In this document: positions 1-9,901 of the stretch, one piece after another
Position numbering within the stretch: position 1 is the first letter of the stretch
Layout of the letters: each line of letters starts with the position of its first letter
Source: Octopus sinensis
Taxonomy: Eukaryota
Assembly (NCBI RefSeq): GCF_006345805.1
Contig: NW_021825703.1
Span: 1 to 14,049 of the forward strand
Reading direction: 5' to 3'
Length of the DNA stretch: 14,049 nucleotides
Translations under genes and position numbers: made by a program
The notes under the pieces: generated by a model
Databases searched by the model: none
Told to the model about the DNA's origin: nothing
Seen by the model: only the letters and a program-made list of their open reading frames with translations

Positions 1-206
1 CGGTTCTTAAGTCTCTTAAAGTATTTCCACCTTTCTGCCTCAAAATTTCTAAAAAGCCCGCAATCAAGATTCCCAATCTGAATTCCCTTCAATTTTCAAA
101 CGAGCCGGTTTCGACCGAGGTGATAGTAAGAGACAAAAAAGAATGGAAACCTTCCTATTCCGTTAGAACCCTACACTCTGTTACATTAAATTTTTGTAAA
201 CGTGGT

Positions 207-275
207 GGATTCGAGAATTTTTCTAAGAATTTGTATTTTATTTTAAAAATGGGGGATTCGAGAGAGTTTACAGTA
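207..275. repeat. Possible right end of another TA-targeting TIR element
   Basis: GGATTCGAGA occurs at 207-216 and 254-263, followed by GAGTTTACAG-TA. This resembles a TIR end with repeated binding sites. The partner end is not in the window. Confidence 0.3.
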
Positions 276-381
276 CTTCAAAACCTCTCTCTTCAATGAC
301 AAAATGTCCCGTCAAAACATCATGTCACTATTGTCTATAGTGAACAAAAGGAATCAAAATAACAATAAACATATTGAAGTA

Positions 382-431
382 CTAGCTCGGCAGCTCGCTT
401 CGCTCACCGCGACTAGCTCCTGCGGAGGGCC
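382..431 (-). other. Helitron 3' terminus (hairpin plus CTAG), copy 1
   Basis: Minus strand reads CCCTCCGCAGGAGCTAGTCGCGGTGAGCGAAGCGAGCTGCCGAGCTAG|T, which is GC-rich and lies ~60 nt downstream of the helicase stop. Confidence 0.8.
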
Positions 432-490
432 TGTTTCATCAACAACTATAAGTTTATGTAGATGTATAAACTACCTGGTTTAATGTAACC

Positions 491-811
491 CTATTCTATC
501 GCCTGTTGATAAACGATGTTTGTCGTCCGTCCTTCCTTGGCATATATGATAAATTTTCTCTTCTGCCTACCCTCGAGCATCCCACATACAGCTGTCCATG
601 TGAAAAGCACTCACTCTCTAAAAATAACCCAACTACCTTTAATGACTGTCCCTGTCCGGCCTGTTTATTGTCATTGCAAAACTCATCCTCAAGGAAATTG
701 CAGCCTTTTAAACTAAATGGTAATTCATCAGAAATTATCGGAATTCGTGGAATTAACATCCTCACCTCAATACTTACCTGTTAATATCGTCGCCTCTATT
801 ACGTTAGCCAT
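491..811 (-). pseudogene. Helitron RepHel PIF1-like helicase C-terminal fragment, copy 1
   Basis: Across frameshifts: NVIEATILTGKY*GEDV..PRIPIISDELPF..FAMTINK..GQSLKVVGLFLESECFSHGQLYVGCSRVG..NLFIYAKEGRTTNIVYQQAIE*. These are the typical Helitron helicase terminal motifs. Confidence 0.92.
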
Positions 812-839
812 TCTTTCTTCAGCTTCATTTTTCCTCCTT

Positions 840-1049
840 CGGTTATCTATTTAAAAATTATTTTTGAATAATAAAAAATATTAGGAAAAAAGAGCATACA
901 GAAAATAAATTCTATCTTTACGAAAAACTTCTTTTCTTAAGGTCGTCTTCCCTCTTTCGGTTATCTATTGAAAAAATTATTTTTGAATAATAAAAAATTT
1001 AGGAAAAGAGGCATACCGAAAATAAATTCTATCTCATCACGAAAAACTT
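840..1049. repeat. ~118-bp internal direct repeat x2 (within duplication unit 1)
   Basis: CGGTTATCTATT..GAAAAACTT starts at 840 and 958. Confidence 0.9.
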
Positions 1050-1153
1050 ACTAAATAGCTAATATTTTTACGCAAATTCTTCTGATTGCGCTGTCACTAT
1101 AGACTCTATAGTGAACAAAAGGAATCAAAATAACAATAAACAATATTGAAGTA

Positions 1154-1204
1154 CTAGCTCGGCAGCTCGCTTCGCTCACCGCGACCTAGCTCCTGCGGAG
1201 GGCC
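1154..1204 (-). other. Helitron 3' terminus, copy 2
   Basis: Same hairpin/CTAG|T sequence as 382-431, with one extra C next to the inner CTAG. Confidence 0.8.
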
Positions 1205-1263
1205 TGTTTCATCAACAACTATAATTTTATGTAGATGTATAAACTACCTGGTTTAATGTAACC

Positions 1264-1581
1264 CTATTCTATCGCCTGTTGATAAACGATGTTTGTCGTC
1301 CGTCCTTCCTTGGCATATATGAATAATTTTCTCTTCTGCCTACCCTCGAGCATCCCACATACAGCTGTCCATGTGAAAAGCACTCACTCTCTAAAAATAA
1401 CCCAACTACCTTTAATGACTGTCCCTGGGCCTTGTTTATTGTCATTGCAAAACTCATCCTCAAGGAAATTGCAGCCTTTAATCTAAATGGTAATTCATCA
1501 GAATTATCGGAATTCGTGGAATAAAACATCCTCACCTCAATACTTACCTGTTAATATCGTCGCCTCTATTACGTTAGCCAT
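1264..1581 (-). pseudogene. Helitron helicase C-terminal fragment, copy 2
   Basis: ORF 1269-1535 contains SFAMTINKAQGQSLKVVGLFLESECFSHGQLYVGCSRVG; frameshifted on both sides. Confidence 0.92.
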
Positions 1582-1610
1582 CTTTCTTCAGCTTCATTTT
1601 TCCTCCTCCT

Positions 1611-1820
1611 CGGTTATCTATTTAAAAAATTATTTTTGAATAATAAAAAATATTAGGAAAAAAGAGGCATACAGAAAATAAATTCTATCTTTACGAAAAA
1701 CTTCTTTTCTTAAGGTCGTCTTCCTCTTTCGGTTATCTATTGAAAAAATTATTTTTGAATAATAAAAAAATTTAGGAAAAGAGGCATACCGAAAATAAAT
1801 TCTATCTTCACGAAAAACTT
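1611..1820. repeat. ~119-bp internal direct repeat x2 (within duplication unit 2)
   Basis: The same repeat starts at 1611 and 1730. Confidence 0.9.
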
Positions 1821-1864
1821 AACTAAATAGCTAATATTTTTACGCAAATTCTTCTGATTGCGCT

Positions 1865-2069
1865 GTCAATTGGTGGTAAATTGTGTTAATGATTGTGCTA
1901 ATGTGGTTTCAACTATCAAAGTGTTTTTCAAAATCAGTTAATTGCACACTCTATTCAAGGTCGTGCGTCAATTGGTGGTAAATTGTGTTAATGATTGTGC
2001 TAATCTGGTTTCAACTATCAAAGTGGTTTTTCAAAATCTGTTAATTGCACACTCTATTCAAAGTCGTGC
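1865..2069. repeat. 102/103-bp tandem repeat x2
   Basis: GTCAATTGGTGGTAAATTGTG..GTCGTGC at 1865-1966 and 1967-2069. Confidence 0.95.
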
Positions 2070-2276
2070 AATCTGTGATTGCACATTCTGTCAAAGTCAA
2101 ATATGATAATAGCTTTATTTTGATTCATGGTCGATAATGATATATGCATTTAATTTAAAGAGAAAACATAGGATGAATTGAATTTCTTTATCGCGAATAA
2201 TTGGGAGTTCATCATTGTTAATATTCTCGCTGTCGTTTTCATCAAGGATATTCTTAATACGTGAGATTTTTGCCTT

Positions 2277-3261
2277 GAAGGTTTTAATGGACTCATCATG
2301 AATGTCGAGGACATCGCGTTGTTCATTTTAATCAAAATGCAGAAAATAATTTTTTGATTTTTTGGGGGGGAAGGTTTTAAGGACTTCATCATGTAAGTCG
2401 AGGACATTGTAGTTGTTCATTTTAACCAAAATGCAGAAAATTTTTTTTTAATTTTTTTGGGGGGGAAGGTTTTAAGGACTTCATCATGTAAGTTGAGGAC
2501 ATTGTAGTTGTTCATTTTAACCAAAATGCAGAAAATTTTTTTTAATTTTTTTGGGGGGGAGGTTTTAAGGACTTCATCATGTAAGTCGAGGACATTGTAG
2601 TTGTTCATTTTAACCAAAATGCAGAAAATTTTTTTTTAATTTTTTTGGGGGGGAAGGTTTTAGGACTTCATCATGTAAGTCGAGGACATTGTAGTTGTTC
2701 ATTTTAACCAAAATGCAGAAAATTTTTTTTTAATTTTTTTGGGGGGGAAGGTTTTAAGGACTTCATCATGTAAGTCGAGGACATTGTAGTTGTTCATTTT
2801 AACCAAAATGCAGAAAATTTTTTTTAATTTTTTTGGGGGGGAAGGTTTTAAGGACTTCATCATGTAAGTCGAGGACATTGTAGTTGTTCATTTTAACCAA
2901 AATGCAGAAAATTTTTTTTTAATTTTTTTTGGGGGGAAGGTTTTAGGACCTCATCATGTAAGTCGAGGACATTGTAGTTGTTCATTTTAACAAAATGCAG
3001 AAAATTTTTTTTAATTTTTTTTGGGGGGGAAGGTTTTAAGGACTTCATCATGTAAGTCGAGGACATTGTAGTTGTTCATTTTAACCAAAATGCAGAAAAT
3101 TTTTTTTTTATTTTTTTGGGGGGGAAGGTTTTAAGGACTTCCATCATGTAAGTCGAGGACATTGTAGTTGTTCATTTTAACCAAAATGCAGAAAATTTTT
3201 TTTTAATTTTTTTGGGGGGGAAGGTTTTAAGGACCTCATCATGTAAGTCGAGGACATCGTA
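2277..3261. repeat. ~94-bp tandem (satellite-like) array, ~10.5 copies
   Basis: The GAGGACAT anchor occurs at 2307, 2400, 2495, 2588, 2682, 2777, 2871, 2965, 3059, 3155 and 3250. Period is 93-96 bp, varying mainly in the T and G homopolymers. Confidence 0.97.
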
Positions 3262-3283
3262 TTGCCAATTTGAAGTTGGTGTG

Positions 3284-3349
3284 CACACACAGACAGACAG
3301 ACCGACAGGACAGACACACAGACAGACAGACACACAGACAGACACACAC
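3284..3349. repeat. Compound (CAGA)n/(CA)n microsatellite next to the Helitron 5' end
   Basis: Directly visible; lies ~20 nt inside the 5' TC terminus. Confidence 0.95.
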
Positions 3350-3382
3350 CATACCATTTTATTATTAAGATAATTACAAAGA

Positions 3383-4290
3383 TTATTTAGAGATTTTAAT
3401 CATGTAATCGGTGATTTTTTGAGAATGATTAGTTTGATAATTTCTTAAAATTTTTTGTATTTCGTATACTTTTCCTCTTTGTTCATAATCATTCTCAAGA
3501 ACCATTTCAGCGCCTTCGCATATTCACTAGCTTCATATTCACTAGCCATATTCATCCATGTTTTTTTATTTGATTTGTATTCCACTTGTAAATTATTAAT
3601 AAATTTATTCTTCCTTTAAAGCAGCGTGGATTTTTGGCTTTTCCAATAACAAATGGTCAAGTTTTTCTCCCATCATACTAACGCAAAACATAACAGTTAC
3701 TCTTTCTTTTATCGGTTTATTAGACAGATTTTTGTCCGAGTCAACAGCTAATGTTCTGTTCGACAAAAGTTTAAAAAACAATCCAGTTTCGTTCGTCCAA
3801 ATTAAAAATATTTTTTGAACAATATTGTTCTAATTTTCTATTGAGGCTTTCTGTAAAATTTTCAATCACAGAGGTTTCAACAAATTGATTTTCCCCACAT
3901 AAGCACGGGAAGCAATGCAATATCGATTTTTAAATTTCTCAAGCCATCCATTTGATGCTTGAAATCCTTGAATATTACAAACTTTCGCCATTTTTAGAGA
4001 CATGGACTTCAAAAGATATTCATTGATTGTAAATCCAAATGATCGTTTTTTAACGAACCATTCAAATAAATCTCTGTCGAATGGTTGAGACTTGGCAATT
4101 AAATTTTCTTCTTTTTTTGGTCATCTTGAACATTAAGTATTCCTTCAGAATTTTTCAAAATTTTGTTTATGCAGCCCAGAGAAACATTGAAATAAAGGGA
4201 TAAATCGCGCTGTGTGTAATGTCTATTTTTATGATAAAATTCGATTATTTCCTTCTTTTGAAAAAATGACAGGCGTTTTCGATTTTCCAC
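3383..4290 (-). pseudogene. pogo/Tigger (CENP-B-like) transposase, frameshifted and missing most of the DDE domain
   Basis: HTH-psq-like RKRLSFFQKKEII; CENP-B HTH motif FQASNGWLEKFKNRY; NIFNLDET; KERVTVMFCVS..GEKL..PFVIGKAKNPRCFKG; NKKTWM. It then jumps to a C-terminal-like ..QKITDYMIKISK*. Confidence 0.88.
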
Positions 4291-4393
4291 CCTGCTAACA
4301 ACTGTAGAACGTGTAGTTTATTCATTTTAAAGAATTTTAAATATATATGTAAAAATATTAAATTTAATATTTTTATGTTCACAAAAATTTGAC

Positions 4394-4417
4394 GTTCACT
4401 ATTCTTTAATAGTGAAC
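4394..4417. repeat. Subterminal perfect inverted repeat of element A
   Basis: GTTCACTATT-CTTT-AATAGTGAAC, the same core motif as the terminal repeats. Confidence 0.8.
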
Positions 4418-4532
4418 ACAAAAATATTTAAATAAATGATATTATACATTTTTAAACGTGGTATTCATTTTATAATAATATATTAATGAGAATTACTAAT
4501 ATTTGTTATTGTAGATTGCATTAATATGGCCT

Positions 4533-4574
4533 GTTCACTATAGAGAGGGTTCACTATAGAGAGGGTTGACTGTA
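4533..4574 (-). repeat. Terminal repeat of element A with TA target duplication
   Basis: GTTCACTATAGAGAGG x2 (4533-4548, 4549-4564) plus GTTGACTG, then TA. Confidence 0.85.
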
Positions 4575-5139
4575 TATCAGTTTAATCTAAAATCTAATTT
4601 TTTGTTAATTCATTGACCAGTTTGCCCGAGAAAGTCAGATAATATTACTTAAATAGGTTCTTTTAAAAAATATATTCTTTAAAAATATTTTCTTACAATA
4701 AAATTAAGTTACGCGTCAATGCCAGATTTTTACTTTGATTTTCATTCAGGATAAAAAATTGTTTAAAATGCCGACTTTATTAAGTCGAAACGGCCCAATT
4801 TGAGTATAAATATTGACTATTGTCAATATTTAGCAAAACCATTTCTGAAATACAATTTGCTCAAGAGTATTTTTATTTTTTCAACTTTTTTAACTTTAAA
4901 ACTGAGAAAACCAAAACAAATCACCAAGCTAGATTAATTTGAAAAACAAACTTTAATCAATTAGTAAAACAATTAGAAAATCAAAAATTTAATAAAAATG
5001 TATCTGAAAAAATATTTATTTTTTTATGAATGAAGTTAAAGAAGTATTAGCTAACCCAAATTGAATATAAATTAATAATAGATTGCGGTCGTAATCGTAA
5101 ATAGATAAAGTTAAGTGCTGATTGATTAAAAAATTAATC

Positions 5140-6790
5140 ACGTGTTTTTGTCAATCCGGTGGTGCCTTTTATAATGATGCCATCCTCAAGGAAAGAGAGT
5201 TGCAATACTATGTTTTGAGGAAGCTGTATTAATGCTTAAATGCTAAAATACATTGAAGTTTGATATTTGCTGATTGCTGATTTAAATTAGTTTTAAGTTA
5301 ACACAAAAAACATGTTCTATGTTTAATTCCGCTTCACGAATAGCAAGACAATTATTTTTAATAATGAAAATTAAAAATTTTAATTAACATTTTTTAATAA
5401 ATTTTATCGCTAAAAATAGTTTGATTACCATTTTTACGTGAACTTTTGAATAAAATCATAAAACGCTACGTTCAATTAATGATTTTGATGCTATGCTGGT
5501 TTGCGGAAAAGCTCAATCTCTCAAATAGTAAAGAAAAAATTAATAATTTTAGATATTTACTGAAGAGAACAACCAAAGAACTTCAGAAATGTAATTTTTA
5601 TTAAAATTTATTAATATTTTAAAACCTCGCAATCATAAAATTAGTAATCAGAGTAAATTTATTGAGCTATTGTTTCTTCCAAAAAACTCAAGATCACAAC
5701 CATTAGATGCGGGAATAATTAAGTGCTTCAAGTCTTGATATGTAATCATTATTTACTCTCTCATGTTGTGAACGAAATTGATTTCCCAACACATGCTGAA
5801 TCGCTACTTAAACAGGTTAATATAAAAGATGCAGTAATTTTTAAATCGTATGCTTTTTTTTTTTATTATTTTTTTTTTAATTAAGTAAATTTATGATGTT
5901 AATTCTTTGATTGAGAGGACGCGCGAATAGATAGGCAGCTTCCGCGCAATATCGCGAGCGAAATGCGCTGAAAAAGCCAACTAGACTCACGTTTCTCGTG
6001 ACTCTTCCTTGAGATCATCAAGCCGATTTCCGAAAGGAACTCAAGAGCTTTTGGGCCGATTATCCCGCTCGTTTCGAAAGCCAGGGGGACGAAAAGGCAG
6101 GTGTTCTCCAATGAGGCATACTTTGTTATTTTTTTTGTTTCGGCATGTGCGGAGGCTGAGCCAGGGCGGGAGGCAGAATATTTCTTTTAAGATTATCAAA
6201 AATTGCTAGGATAAAATAATCTTCACAAGTGGAATTATTGATGATTTTTCGTGTCAAATCGAGGGATTCGGAAAATTGCTAAATGAACTAAACATTATTG
6301 ATGTAGCTGATCAGAAAAAAATCCAAGAGCTCGACTTAAGAATAAAGGATCGACTTATTGACGACAGCATTCTTAACAATTATGAAAACTTGGAGAAATG
6401 TGAAATGGAACTAGAAGATATTGAAAATGAAGATACTGAAAATTAAAAAATTGAATTGGAAGATGCTGTGAACAACTTAAACAATTTCAAAACATTTTTT
6501 GTTGAAATCGAACATTTTTCGAATGATTGCTAGTTGCATTGAAAACTAACGAAAACATACTAAACAAAGAACGAAAAAAAATCATTAGATTATCCAACTG
6601 TTGTTCTTAAAAATATTCTCAAATAAAAACATTATTTTGACTAATAAATCCTTTCGAAACAAAAAATAGCAAACTAGTTAAAAAAACATGATAAGATGAC
6701 ATTCAAACTTTAAACCTTCTTTTTTACTACCTCCATTTTTCCCACTATTTTTGTCGGTCCCATTAGTTGCAATAAATAGAGGGTTGACTG
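5140..6790 (+). mobile_element. Decayed pogo/Tigger element B (5' end not found)
   Basis: Remnants CFCQSGGAFYNDAILKERELQY (HTH-like), IELLFLPKNSRSQPLDAGIIKCFKS (DDE_1 QPLD motif), VNIKDAVIFKSYA|ISFKIIKNC* and an acidic tail. It ends in AGAGGGTTGACTG-TA, identical to the element A terminus. Confidence 0.75.
5854..6176 (-). mobile_element. 5'-truncated CRE-like (restriction-like endonuclease) non-LTR retrotransposon with poly(A) tail
   Basis: ASAHAETKKITKYASLENTCLFVPLAFETSGIIGP..WLFQRISLAILRGSC resembles the CRE C-terminus (K..KY..FVP.A.ET.G..G..QRIS.A..RG). Short 3' UTR, then an A-rich tail (T-runs 5854-5878 on plus). Confidence 0.8.
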
Positions 6791-7339
6791 TATGGCTCCT
6801 ATGTTTACTGGATGGGAGTCTGTAAGAACATTATCAGTATGGCTTAAAAGTTGAATTAATATCCAAATATAAGCAGGCAGCCTTAAGGCAATTAAATTCC
6901 TAAAAGAGGAATTACAGAAACAAGAAGAGAAGAAAACGAGACCTTTTTTCTGACCGAAAACTCAAGGTAAACCCACGAAACACACTCAATAGTGCCGAAT
7001 TGGCAATCTAACAGTTGGAAATACAAAAACTACGTCAAGAAAACGAACTAAGAAATAAGGTAATTTAGACTAAGGGACTTGATAGCCGAAGCCACACATA
7101 TTAAAAACATTCGATTTTTATTTAATAAATTCGGACCTAATATTTTGATTAAATTCTAAAAATTAAATCTTAAAAGAACTGCTCAATAAAGAACATTCCT
7201 AACCCAAAAGAGTTTGATATAAAATTTTAACTAGTCCCCCAATGTAGTCTCTACGGCCGCGGATTCTGTTAACATAGAGAACTTTAAAACTTACGTAAAC
7301 TTTTTTATTCTAAAAATATTTTATTGTTATGCGCTTTTT

Positions 7340-7830
7340 TCTCATCACCCTGAGGAATTCTATTGTTTTAAAGAAATTTTATTGCTTCTGATGTTTCAGG
7401 ATATGATTTAATTTCTATATGAGAAAAACCAAACTTTGACCCTAAAACTAACTTTAGTTCTAACCTAAGACTGATATTTGTATTAAACATTGACACTCGT
7501 TCGTTTGTTAGACAACCTTACAACTTGGGGCAGTCACGTCGGCTTGTTTTTCTCGAAAAACTTTTTTGCCCTGCTCAAAATAATCATTACTGACCTTTTC
7601 AATGAGATGTTTACAACAAACGATTATTCACCCCTGGGACGAGGAATACTGGTCCCTGTCTAAAAGCCGAACAAAGCTAAAGAAAAAGTGGAGAACCTCA
7701 GGCTAATAAATATTATGAATTGCCTACCGAAAGTTCTGGCAATTATCACTCCACAGAGAATAAAGCCTCGAAGGAACTATTTCTATCCGGTTTCCATAGC
7801 GGTTTTCATGTAGGAAGATCGACTTCTGGC
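7340..7830 (+). pseudogene. RTE/RTEX-like reverse transcriptase N-terminal remnant
   Basis: VSGYD..IITDLFNEMF..LGRGILVPV*KPNKAKEKVENLRLINIMNCLPKVLAII..SGFHVGRSTSGD, matching RT domains 0-2 of non-LTR elements. Confidence 0.75.
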
Positions 7831-8409
7831 GATATTCCACTATTCAAAGGTTTAAAAGTGCGACAAAAAGTTTTTTACTGAATCATACGTCAAAAATTGA
7901 TTGATGTAAGTATTAGTAGTAAATAGCACTTCCGCGTTGCTATAAGCACTTAAGTGACTAAGGTTTTGTTCGTGCCAGCCACACAATTTTTTCAAGAGAA
8001 GAAATCTCTTATCAGAAACCTATCTATCGGTCAGTCATGTGCTCTAAGCCATTTGAAACAACATCGGTCCGACAGAAATGTTCTGGAAAGCCTATTGGAG
8101 GTAATGCCAAATAAACTTGCTAAGCGGTTCGTCAATCTAAATGTGGAGAAAATGGAATTTTTCGAACTTTTCAGAAAAATATCTAGCTGGATTGGAGAAA
8201 AGAGTAGCTTTAAAAAACGGGGTGCAAATTGAAAATTCTGTCGAATTCTGATAGATATTTAAAAAGTAAAAACTTTTCTTAAACTAAAAGATTTATTGTG
8301 AGCAAACTCGAAGCTTGGTGAATAAAATCTCTTAACGTGTGGCACAAAGGTGATATTAGTTAATTTAAATTCTTTGATAGTGTAAACATACTTTAAATAA
8401 TAATAATAG

Positions 8410-9180
8410 AAGATGAGTAGTGATTGTGGGGCAGACTGGCTGACTAATGTGGACGGATATGACTATTTCAGTGGAGGACATGACCCAATCACCACGAAGG
8501 GTACATTCCAAGGTTATTCTAGAGTGGACAATATCATCGACTCGTAGATTGGTCAGGAATGTGCTGGGCATGAAGGGAGTGCTAGGAATTCCCCTCATTT
8601 TGGTGGAATGGGCGGTGAATTGGGAGGACGTCAAATTCGGGGAGTACTCGGGGGAGGATTGCAAACAAATGTTCAAGTACGTCGTCCAGCGCGTAGGACA
8701 TTTGCATCACTCACTAGTTCGAGTATTCACACACTCCCACTCAAATACTCCATAAATTATTAACTATTTAATGCAGTCACATTCAAAAGCAATAAATATC
8801 CCTATTAAAGAGGAAGGTTACAAGACTTTGGCCAACTCGGAGAGTCCCTCAAAGATACTGTCGCCGCAATGTCCCACATAGGTTTTCCACAGGTCCAGCC
8901 GGCTTCGCGGGTTTTTGTATGGACATCGGAATTCTCTAGCATAGCGAAACAAGTGTGTGTTTTTAATATTTCATTGAAAATGTTGCCTAGTTAGTGATAC
9001 ATCAGTGACGTTGGCGTTTCAAAAGTTTCCCGTGAATATCATTGATTCCTGGACTTGCGTTGCTTTTCAGTTTTTTAAGTGTTGTTTTTATCTCTTCTGA
9101 AGAGATATTCAAAGTAAGCAGCAATATTATCTGCAATTTCTAATTTCTCTTTCCTCTAGTGTGAGTTCCGACAAAGTTTG
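8410..9180 (-). pseudogene. Second RTE/RTEX-like remnant, opposite orientation, internally deleted
   Basis: EKLEIADNIAAYFEYLF; SEEIKTTLKKLKSNASPGINDIHGKLLK; IQKPAKPAGPVENL; then a C-terminal-like W*LGHVLH near 8480-8500. A short (TTA)n tract lies near 8400. Confidence 0.65.
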
Positions 9181-9901
9181 TGGCGCATTTAAACTTTTGC
9201 GTTCCGATCACCGGCAAAGAAAACGAGAGGGATGCTCCCCGGTCGTGTCGTAGTTGAGTTTCATCAAAATGGCAACAAATGAGTAGCTTGTCATCATTCA
9301 AGCAAAGATATACACTAAACTTTGAAATCGGCACCTGGAAGAATATAAAGCATACTCCAATTTGATATTTAACACAAATTGGAAAACAAATGACATGCTA
9401 GATGAGAAAAAGAGCAGTAATTAGTTAAAGCAGTAGTTAAAAAAGAGTATTGGTCTATAAATATTTTTTTAACGGATTCAGAGAAGTGTCAATTTCAATT
9501 TGCTCAAAATATGTGGGAGCTGACATTTAGCAACTAAAGATGATTGGATGTGATTAGTGCCTTGAATGATAACATAATGAATGTGTGAACATGAAAACTA
9601 ATACGATTCCTAAAAATTGGTTTTGCTCTTATCATTGATATTAATATTTTTAATTTTTTATGGCCTTCAACACACTATTGTTTAAATATTTAACTGCTGA
9701 TTACCAATTTCCGCAAATTATTAAGAAAACAAATTACAAATAGAAAAAACTGATATAGAAATAAGGTGAATTATTGAATTCAAGCCCACAAATTTAACTG
9801 TAAATATTTTATTTATTAGGGTTAGATTATTAAACAAATTTTTAAAGCTGTGAAAAAACTCTTTCTATTTTAACTTGCTTTATTCAAGTGACGAGTTTCT
9901 A

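Larger units (their letters stand above)
323..1868. repeat. Two-copy tandem duplication, unit ~770 bp (Helitron 3' portion plus ~58 bp of flank)
   Basis: Near-identical blocks 323-1091 and 1092-1863, with TGTCA at all three junctions (323-327, 1092-1096, 1864-1868). Confidence 0.95.
382..3370 (-). mobile_element. Non-autonomous composite Helitron
   Basis: On minus, the 5' end is A|TCTTAATAATAAAATGG at 3370, followed by a (TGTC/TG)n tract. The 3' end is hairpin-CTAG|T at 382 (duplicate at 1154). It carries a PIF1-type helicase C-terminus, and the A|T target site fits Helitron rules. Confidence 0.78.
271..4572 (-). mobile_element. pogo/Tigger-family DNA transposon (element A), internally deleted and interrupted by a Helitron
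   Basis: The 5' end reads TA-CAGTCAACCCTCTCTATAGTGAAC on minus (4574 downward). The transposase remnant is at 4290-3383. The GTTCACTAT(AG) motif recurs beyond the Helitron at ~324-345, and a degenerate TA-CAGT..CAAAACCTCTCT lies at 269-290. The 3' boundary is approximate. Confidence 0.6.

Noticed and set aside
3-300. ~98-codon stop-free plus frame at the window start
   Set aside because: No start in view, no recognisable motif, and it runs through TIR-like sequence.
1980-2090. QIARL*IECAINRF resembling a Harbinger motif
   Set aside because: Short, stop-containing, inside a tandem repeat, with no other support.
2277-3261. CRISPR-like array or G-quadruplex array
   Set aside because: Units are fully repeated with no unique spacers and the context is eukaryotic. 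There is only one G-run per ~94 bp.
323-3261. Treating 1-nt differences between repeat copies as evolutionary signal
   Set aside because: They are mostly homopolymer indels, typical of under-polished long-read consensus, and cannot be interpreted without reads.
6793-7065. Lys/Glu-rich coiled-coil-like reading (gag-like?)
   Set aside because: Interrupted by stops; no LTR, PBS or zinc knuckle seen.
7954-8232. 92-aa ORF, and a weak Merlin-like MWRK motif in another frame
   Set aside because: Multiple stops and too little similarity to call.
8447-8755. 102-aa plus-strand ORF in a GC-richer patch
   Set aside because: No recognisable domain; better explained as antisense to the RTE-like remnant.
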